Below are positions 26,307 through 32,000 of a stretch of DNA of 32,000 nt, in pieces. This DNA is from Holophagaceae bacterium (lineage in GTDB: Bacteria > Acidobacteriota > Holophagae > Holophagales > Holophagaceae), in NCBI GenBank assembly GCA_035254125.1, contig DATFAX010000082.1, positions 1 through 32,000 on the forward strand, given 5' to 3'. A program made the position numbers and the translations under genes. The notes below the pieces were generated by a model that saw only the letters and a list, made by a program, of their open reading frames with translations, made no database searches and was not told where the DNA came from. Numbering within the stretch: position 1 is the stretch's first letter; the number at the start of each line of letters is the position of its first letter.

Positions 26307-28079
26307 ATGCCCCCATCCAACCTCCTCTTCGGCGAGGCCCTCGCCACCCGATGCGCCCAGGCCATCTATCGATGCCTGGAGGAGGTGGGGAGCACCAAAG
26401 GCGCCCTGTACCTCCGTCAACCCGGCGGCGGCCCCTACTTGGAGGTCTGCCACTACGGATGGCCCCGGGGCACGCGTCCCCCGGAATCCATCACCGATCA
26501 GGATCCCCTCCAGGTGCGCGTGGCCCGGGAGAAGCGCAGCTTCGCCGTGAACACCGCGGCGGATGCCCTGGAGCTCACCGCCTTCGGCCTGGGGGAGCGT
26601 CCCCGCTGCCTCGTCACCCCCATCTACATGATGGGGGATCAGATCGGCGTGCTGGTGCAGCGGGACCCCGCCAAGGGTGATGCCTTCGACCTGGAGCGGG
26701 CCGAGGCGCCCACCCTGCGCATCTGCCACGAGATCGTGGACCTGGTGAAGGAATTCGGGGTCTACGGACCCGCCAAGCCCAAGGAGGCCAAACCCCTCCC
26801 CACGGCCGCGGAGCTCATCGATCAAACGCCCCCGCCCACCGAGCACGCGCCCAAGTGGGTGCCCACCACCGAGGCCCTCCCGGGCATGCCCGAGGTGATC
26901 CACACACCCTCCCTCAAGGTGGGGCCCCAGGGCCAGGCCGCCGGCGAGAAGCTCTTCGGCTACGAGAACACCCAGGTGGGCTTCAGTGCCCTCCCCTGGG
27001 AGGCGGCGGACCGCACCCTCTCCGGCATCATGGCCCCCAGCCGGCCCACCCCGGTGCAGCACCGGAAGCGGGGGATGATGAGCCCCGAGCTGCGGGCCTT
27101 CTTCTGGGAGATGGCCAGCCTCATCAGCCAGATCGTGCCCGTGGCCGCCGTGGTGCTGTGGATGGAGGATCCGGAGGAGATCCGGCCCCTCCTCTGCTTC
27201 TCCCCGCTGCCCATCAGCGAGAACCTGCAGCAGCAGGTGATGGCCCACGCCACCTACCACCTCACCACGGTGCGGGAGCAGGACCTCCGCGTGGTGGCCA
27301 AGGCCGAGATCCCCGAAGGCACGTTGCTGGATGGCGCCTTCGCCACCTACCTGCCCCTGCTCATGAACGAGAGCAGCTCCGGCCACGACCTGCTCATGGT
27401 CTTCCGGCAGGAGGATCAACCCTTCTCAATGCCCGAGATGGAGATCATCCAGCGCATGGGCCGCGTGCTGGGCATGCAGCTGGAGGAGGCCCGCCTCCAC
27501 GAGCGCTACCACCAGGCCTTCCTCAGCGTCAGCCACCGCATCCTGAAGAGCTCCGAGAGCCGCCTGCCGGACCTCCGCAGCCACAGCGTCGCCACGGCCC
27601 GCCTCGCCCGCGAAGTGGCCCTGAAGCTGGACCTGCCCTCGGAGGACGTGGAGGCCGTCTCCATCGCCGCCATCCTCCACGACGTGGGCATGCTCCTCCT
27701 GGATCCCGCCCTCGTGCAGAAGGCCCAGCTCACCCCGGATGAGAAGCTGAAGCTGCGCCAGCACCCGGACCTCGCGGCCATCTTCCTGAAGGACCTGCGC
27801 TTCCCCTTCGATGTGGTGCGGGTGATCCGGCACCATCACGAGCGCTGGGATGGCCATGGCTACCCGGACAAGCTGCGGGAGAGCGCCATCCCCATGGGCA
27901 GCCGCATCATCCATGTCATCGAGGCCTACGAGGTCATGACGAGCGGCAAGAGCTACCGCACGCCCATCGGCTTCCGGAACGCCCTGGACGAGCTGAAGAA
28001 GGAGAGCGGCAGCCAGTTCGACCCCACCGTGGTGGAAGCTTTTTGCGAACTCATGACACGCAGGGAGGGAAGGATCTGA
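26307..28079 (+). CDS. GAF-domain / HD-GYP domain protein (putative c-di-GMP phosphodiesterase)
   Basis: The C-terminus has HDVGMLLLD and HHERWDGHGYPD (HD-GYP). The N-terminal ~400 aa contain GAF-like segments. Confidence 0.85.
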   Translation: MPPSNLLFGEALATRCAQAIYRCLEEVGSTKGALYLRQPGGGPYLEVCHYGWPRGTRPPESITDQDPLQVRVAREKRSFAVNTAADALELTAFGLGERPRCLVTPIYMMGDQIGVLVQRDPAKGDAFDLERAEAPTLRICHEIVDLVKEFGVYGPAKPKEAKPLPTAAELIDQTPPPTEHAPKWVPTTEALPGMPEVIHTPSLKVGPQGQAAGEKLFGYENTQVGFSALPWEAADRTLSGIMAPSRPTPVQHRKRGMMSPELRAFFWEMASLISQIVPVAAVVLWMEDPEEIRPLLCFSPLPISENLQQQVMAHATYHLTTVREQDLRVVAKAEIPEGTLLDGAFATYLPLLMNESSSGHDLLMVFRQEDQPFSMPEMEIIQRMGRVLGMQLEEARLHERYHQAFLSVSHRILKSSESRLPDLRSHSVATARLAREVALKLDLPSEDVEAVSIAAILHDVGMLLLDPALVQKAQLTPDEKLKLRQHPDLAAIFLKDLRFPFDVVRVIRHHHERWDGHGYPDKLRESAIPMGSRIIHVIEAYEVMTSGKSYRTPIGFRNALDELKKESGSQFDPTVVEAFCELMTRREGRI

Positions 28080-28121
28080 TGGCGTTCCACCCATCGGTTA
28101 CCCTGTCCTAGAGGTCCACCC

Positions 28122-28724
28122 ATGCCCCGCGGCGCCCCGCCGACAGCCCCCCGCCCGACGCCGAGTGCCGAGCGTGGCTACACCATGGCGCTGCTGCTGG
28201 CCCTCATCGTGGTCATGGGCATCATGCTCACCATGGCCCGGCCCACCCTCCGGGCCGAGGTGCAGCGGGAGAACGAGGCGGAGCTCATCTTCCGGGGCGA
28301 GGCCATCGCCCGGGCGCTCAAGGCCTACAGCGCCAAGTTCGGTAAGTACCCGCAGGACCTGGACGAGGTGATGAAGGTCCGTCCCCTGCTCCTCCGGCAG
28401 AAGTACAAGGACCCCATGACGCCCACCGGGGAGTGGGACGTGATCACCCAGGTGCAGCCCGGAGTCACCGGAGAGACCCGCGGTCTTCCCATCATCGGCG
28501 TGAAGAGCCGCTGCGACCTGGATGCCTTCCGGCTCTACAAGAACAAGTCCCTCATCAGCGACTGGCGCTTCCTGGCGGATGAGAACGTGCTCGGCGCCGG
28601 GGGCGACGGGGGACGGGGCGGTGTGATCCCCGCGGGGGGCGGTACCGGTGGCACCGGCGGGGGCAAGGGGGGCGCGGGCTCCGGTGGCGGTGGGGGCGAC
28701 AAGACCCCGAAATCAGGTGGTTGA
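28122..28724 (+). CDS. GspG-like pseudopilin with atypical prepilin N-terminus and Gly-rich tail
   Basis: ...ERG|YTMALLLALIVVMGIML resembles a prepilin leader plus hydrophobic helix but lacks Glu+5. It is followed by a GspG-like block EAELIFRGEAIARALKAY..GKYP. The C-terminal ~45 aa are almost all Gly. Confidence 0.65.
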   Translation: MPRGAPPTAPRPTPSAERGYTMALLLALIVVMGIMLTMARPTLRAEVQRENEAELIFRGEAIARALKAYSAKFGKYPQDLDEVMKVRPLLLRQKYKDPMTPTGEWDVITQVQPGVTGETRGLPIIGVKSRCDLDAFRLYKNKSLISDWRFLADENVLGAGGDGGRGGVIPAGGGTGGTGGGKGGAGSGGGGGDKTPKSGG

Positions 28725-28733
28725 ACCCATGAG

Positions 28734-29876
28734 GTGGCTGTGAATCGCGTGGTCCTCGCCTTCGCCCTGGCCGCTGTGGGCGTGCTGCGGGCCGATGACT
28801 TCCTGGACTGGGCCCGGGGCCTGGAGAAGCGGGGAGTGAAGGTGTCCGCCGCCTGCTGGGACCTGGAGACGGGCAAGGCCGTGGACCGACATCAGGAGCA
28901 CCTGATGCTGGTGCCCGCCAGCACCACGAAGGTGGTGAGCACCTACGCCCTGCTCAAGACCTGGAAGCCGGACTTCCAGGTGGAGACCGAGGTCTGGGGC
29001 CAACTGGCGGGGGGGGAGATCCAGGGGGACCTGGTGTTCAAGGGGGGCGGCGACCCCTACCTCACCACCGAGCGCCTCTACACCCTGGCCCGGGAACTGC
29101 GCGCCCTGGGCGTCAAGCGGGTGCTGGGGGAGATCAAGCTGGACCAGGGGGCCTTCGACGGGCAGCGCTGGGGCAACGGCTGGGAAAACACGAGCGCCGA
29201 CACCACGCCCGCCATCTCCGCCCTGGCCGTGAACTTCGGTCGCAATGCCGCCGGCCGCATCGTCACAGACACGGACCGCGCCGCCATCGAGGAGATCACC
29301 ACGGTGCTGGCCGATGCGGGCATCCCCGTGGCCGGCAAGGCGGGACTCAAGGATGCGCCCCTGAAGCTGCTCGCCTTCCGCAGCCCGCCCCTGCGCATGC
29401 TGGTGGGCGACATCAACAAATTCAGCAACAACTTCATGGTGGAGACGCTCACCAAGAAGTTCGGCGAGGGCTCCTGGCCCCGCGGCGTGGCCCGCATCCA
29501 CGACTTCTACGCCAAGGTCTTCGGCCTGGGGCCCGGCCAGCTGTTCCTCACGGACGGCAGCGGCCTCAGCAAGGACAACCGCCTCAGCGCCCAGACCCTG
29601 GGCATCGTGCTCCGGGGGGCCTGGTTCGATTTCGAAGTGGGCCCCGAGTTCGTCGCCAGCCTCAAGATCATCGGGGGCGAACCGTTCCGCCTCAAACACA
29701 AGGATGAGAACCTCACCCGCCGCGTGCGCGTGAAGAGCGGCTACCTCGACCTCGTGCGCACGCTCTGCGGCTACATCCAGATGCCCGACGGCCGCTGGCG
29801 CGTCTTCGCCATCCTCCTCAACGGGCAGACCACCGAGGATGATATTTGGGATCAGGTCAGTCGCTGGGCGAACTGA
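28734..29876 (+). CDS. dacB: D-alanyl-D-alanine carboxypeptidase/endopeptidase (PBP4, peptidase S13 family)
   Basis: The three active-site motifs are present: SxxK (PASTTK), SxN (FSNNF) and KSG (VKSGYL). There is an N-terminal signal sequence and a GTG start. Confidence 0.8.
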   Translation: MAVNRVVLAFALAAVGVLRADDFLDWARGLEKRGVKVSAACWDLETGKAVDRHQEHLMLVPASTTKVVSTYALLKTWKPDFQVETEVWGQLAGGEIQGDLVFKGGGDPYLTTERLYTLARELRALGVKRVLGEIKLDQGAFDGQRWGNGWENTSADTTPAISALAVNFGRNAAGRIVTDTDRAAIEEITTVLADAGIPVAGKAGLKDAPLKLLAFRSPPLRMLVGDINKFSNNFMVETLTKKFGEGSWPRGVARIHDFYAKVFGLGPGQLFLTDGSGLSKDNRLSAQTLGIVLRGAWFDFEVGPEFVASLKIIGGEPFRLKHKDENLTRRVRVKSGYLDLVRTLCGYIQMPDGRWRVFAILLNGQTTEDDIWDQVSRWAN

Positions 29877-30088
29877 GGGCCTACTCGAAGCCAGCATCCA
29901 CGGCTCAGGGTCTGGAGTATCCCGCCTCGCGGGATACCCAGAGGATGACATCTGGGACCAAGTCAGCCGCTGGGCGAACTGAGGACCTACTCGAAGCCAG
30001 CACCCACGGCTCAGGGTCTGGAGTATCCCGCCTCGCGGGATACCCAGAGGATGACATTTGGGACCAGGTCAGTCGCTGGGCCAACTGA
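29835..30088 (+). repeat. 106-bp tandem repeat (2.4 units), each unit starting with a copy of the last 13 codons plus stop of dacB
   Basis: Units start at 29835, 29941 and 30047. Each coding copy reads EDDIWDQVSRWAN*. The 64-nt spacers contain a 14-bp bulged hairpin (TCTGGAGTATCCCGC-CTC-GCGGGATACCCAGA). Confidence 0.85.
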
Positions 30089-30110
30089 GGGGCGTGTCGG
30101 GCCGGGGTCT

Positions 30111-30297
30111 GGATCGCGAATGGCGCGAATGAAAGCGCGAATGACGCGAATCAGCTGATCTGGGGATTGCCTTCCTGCTTTTCGGGCCCGATGAATGGGT
30201 CGAAGAGGTCCGCCCCTCGGGCAGCCACGCCGGGACCGAGGCCAGATAAATCCTCCATTTGCGTTATTCGCGCTTTTATTCGCGCCATTCGCGATCC
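30111..30297. repeat. hairpin element D: GGATCGCGAAT-type arms (4 tandem units each side) around a ~105-nt core
   Basis: Left arm 30111-30151, right arm 30257-30297. 38 of 41 positions are complementary, and all 3 mismatches are G.T on the plus strand. Confidence 0.8.
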
Positions 30298-30368
30298 CCC
30301 CAACGCACTCCGGGGAATCCAACCCTTCGATTCTCAATCCCCACCGGCCAGCCCCCGATGAGGTTCCC

Positions 30369-30743
30369 ATGGCACGCGTGACCATCCTGGATGACAGCCG
30401 GCTCGCCCGCACCTTCGCGGCGGGGGCGCTGCGCGCCAAGGGGATCCAGGTCACCGAGCTGGAGCCCGAGAGCCTGCCCCAGGTGATGGAGGCCCTGCGG
30501 TTGGAGCTGCCGGACCTGCTCCTGGTGGACCTGCTCATGCCCACCTGCCCGGGACTGGCGGTGGTCCGCAAGATCCGCCAGGAAGAGGATCTGAAGCACC
30601 TCAAGATCGTGGTGCTCAGCGCCCATCGGGATGAGGCCCAGGTGGAGCAGTTGGAGAAGCTGGGGGTGCAGGGGTTCCTGCCCAAACCCGTGGACGCCAA
30701 CGCCGTGGGCTACCTGGTGAAGATGGTGCTGGACCAGGAATAG
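30369..30743 (+). CDS. single-domain response regulator (CheY-like receiver)
   Basis: The ATG at 30369 has GAGG upstream. It has acidic pocket DD (ILDDS), phospho-acceptor LLLVDLLMP and a conserved Lys in LPKP. Confidence 0.85.
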   Translation: MARVTILDDSRLARTFAAGALRAKGIQVTELEPESLPQVMEALRLELPDLLLVDLLMPTCPGLAVVRKIRQEEDLKHLKIVVLSAHRDEAQVEQLEKLGVQGFLPKPVDANAVGYLVKMVLDQE

Positions 30744-30789
30744 CCAGGCCCGCCTTGCATTGCCCGGGGCCTTCCCTCAGGGTTGAGGG

Positions 30790-31671
30790 ATGTCGAAGGG
30801 TGAATCCAAGGGCCTCGCCGCCGTCCTGCTGGGGGCCTCCATCCTGGGCTTCGCGGCCATCTTCGTCCGATGGGCCGTGGCCGGGGGCGCTACGGCGCTC
30901 ACCACGGGGTTCTACCGGATGCTGTTCGCGCTGCCCGGGGCCTGGCTCTTGGCGCGTCAAGCCGGCGATGTCGGGGGGGATCCCCTGGGTCGCCGGTGGG
31001 CCCTGGTGGCGGGCGCGCTCTTCTTCGGGGACCTCTGGCTCTGGCACCTGGCCATGCATCACACGGGCGCGGCCAACGCCACGCTGCTGGTGGGGGGCCT
31101 GAGTCCCATCTGGGTGGCGCTCTTCTCCTTCGCCTTCCTGCGGCTTCGCTATTCCTGGTTGGGCTGGGCGGGCCAGGCCGTGGGCCTCGCCGGGGCCTTG
31201 GTGCTGGGGCTGGCCAAGGGTGCCCGCATGGGGGATGGCAAGGGCGAGGCCATCGCCGTCGCCGCCAGCCTCTGCTACGCCGCCTTCACCCTGGCCATGG
31301 GCCGAGCCCGGCAACACTTCCAGGCCACCCAGACCCTCTTCTGGATGAGCCTCTCCTGCATGGCCTGCTTCGGTCTCGTGGCCCTGGCGGAAGGGCATGC
31401 CTTCAGGGGCTACTCGCCCGCCGCCTGGTGGAGCCTCCTGGGCCTGGGCCTCGTGGTGCAGGTGGGGGCCTGGGGGCTCAATACCTGGGGACTGGGCCAT
31501 GTGGATGCGGCGCTGGGCGCCATCGGCCTCCAGGGGCAGCAGGTGGCCACCATCTTCCTGGCCTGGGGCCTCCTGCACGAGCCCTTGCGGCCCCTGGGCT
31601 TCCTGGGCGGCGCCGCCATCGTGGCGGGGATCATCATGGTGGCCACGAGCCCCAAGCGCCTGGCGGCCTGA
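30790..31671 (+). CDS. DMT superfamily (EamA-like) transporter
   Basis: The 293-aa ORF has about 10 hydrophobic segments arranged as two EamA-like halves. Confidence 0.8.
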   Translation: MSKGESKGLAAVLLGASILGFAAIFVRWAVAGGATALTTGFYRMLFALPGAWLLARQAGDVGGDPLGRRWALVAGALFFGDLWLWHLAMHHTGAANATLLVGGLSPIWVALFSFAFLRLRYSWLGWAGQAVGLAGALVLGLAKGARMGDGKGEAIAVAASLCYAAFTLAMGRARQHFQATQTLFWMSLSCMACFGLVALAEGHAFRGYSPAAWWSLLGLGLVVQVGAWGLNTWGLGHVDAALGAIGLQGQQVATIFLAWGLLHEPLRPLGFLGGAAIVAGIIMVATSPKRLAA

Positions 31672-31675
31672 GGGC

Positions 31676-32000
31676 TCAGAAGGCCAGGTGGAGCCGGGCG
31701 GCGAAGAGGTCCACGGGACCCCGGTCCCGGTTGTAGCCGGGGTTCCAGATGCGCTGGCCGTCCAGGCTGAGGGTGAGGTGCGTTCCGGCGGCCAGGGCGT
31801 AGTAGGCCTCCAGGATCCGCTCGGGGCCCTCGGTCAGGCGGCCGTCGCCCAGCAGGAATCCGGATCCTCCGGCGCGCAGGTAGTCGGCGTGGTCGGGGGA
31901 GAGGGCGTTCTCGACGAACGCGAGGCCCACGCGGTCGTCCTTCCGTCCCCAGGATGCACCCGCCAGCTGCAGGCCACCGCTGAGGGAGCGGTCCGCCTCG
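31676..32000 (-). CDS. carbohydrate porin (OprB-like), C-terminal part; gene continues beyond the right edge
   Basis: The C-terminus ...NPGYNRDRGPVDLFAARLHLAF matches the characteristic OprB-family ending. The frame stays open upstream of the track start to position 32000. Confidence 0.55.
   Translation of the reverse strand, partial: EADRSLSGGLQLAGASWGRKDDRVGLAFVENALSPDHADYLRAGGSGFLLGDGRLTEGPERILEAYYALAAGTHLTLSLDGQRIWNPGYNRDRGPVDLFAARLHLAF

Noticed and set aside
29874-29945. UGA recoding (selenocysteine/SECIS) or programmed read-through at the dacB stop, given the hairpin downstream.
   Set aside because: The hairpin starts about 40 nt after the UGA, too far for a bacterial SECIS. In-frame read-through meets another TGA after 23 codons of non-protein-like sequence. 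The repeat period is 3n+1, so later copies are out of frame.
29877-30046. Integron attC sites as an explanation for the 64-nt hairpin spacers.
   Set aside because: There is no integrase, no GTTRRRY-type core sites and no cassette ORFs between the hairpins.

Overview
GC-rich bacterial chromosomal window. Third codon positions are overwhelmingly G/C, and long spurious antisense ORFs are everywhere. I cannot assign a taxon from sequence alone. Most of the window is housekeeping genes: psd, a five-gene LivJHMGF-type amino-acid ABC transporter, cysK, a CN-hydrolase, a DUF2238/YjdF-like membrane protein, a DDAH-family amidinotransferase, copZ-copA, a PLP-dependent decarboxylase, upp, a lipoprotein, a SAM methyltransferase operon, tadA, carA/carB, a DinB-family protein, a zeta-toxin-like P-loop protein, a CoA-binding protein, a FabD-like acyltransferase, a GAF/HD-GYP protein, a GspG-like pseudopilin, a PBP4-type DD-peptidase, a CheY-like receiver, an EamA transporter and a partial OprB-like porin. 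Two tRNA-Ser genes are present (anticodons GGA and CGA).

Three non-coding architectures stand out:
1. A ~170-nt element sits directly downstream of each tRNA-Ser gene. The differences between the two copies are almost all structure-preserving, so I read it as a structured RNA. Its terminal helix is built from the 3' end of its own neighbouring tRNA. I could not place it in any RNA family from memory.
2. A family of intergenic hairpin cassettes has arms made of 3-4 tandem 8-11-nt units. One copy carries a GxxExxY/PD-(D/E)XK-like ORF wedged exactly between carA and carB. Four others carry no ORF.
3. The last 13 codons of the PBP4 gene are present three times in a 106-bp tandem array, and the copies differ only at synonymous sites.

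No CRISPR array, rRNA or recognisable transposase/integrase was seen.
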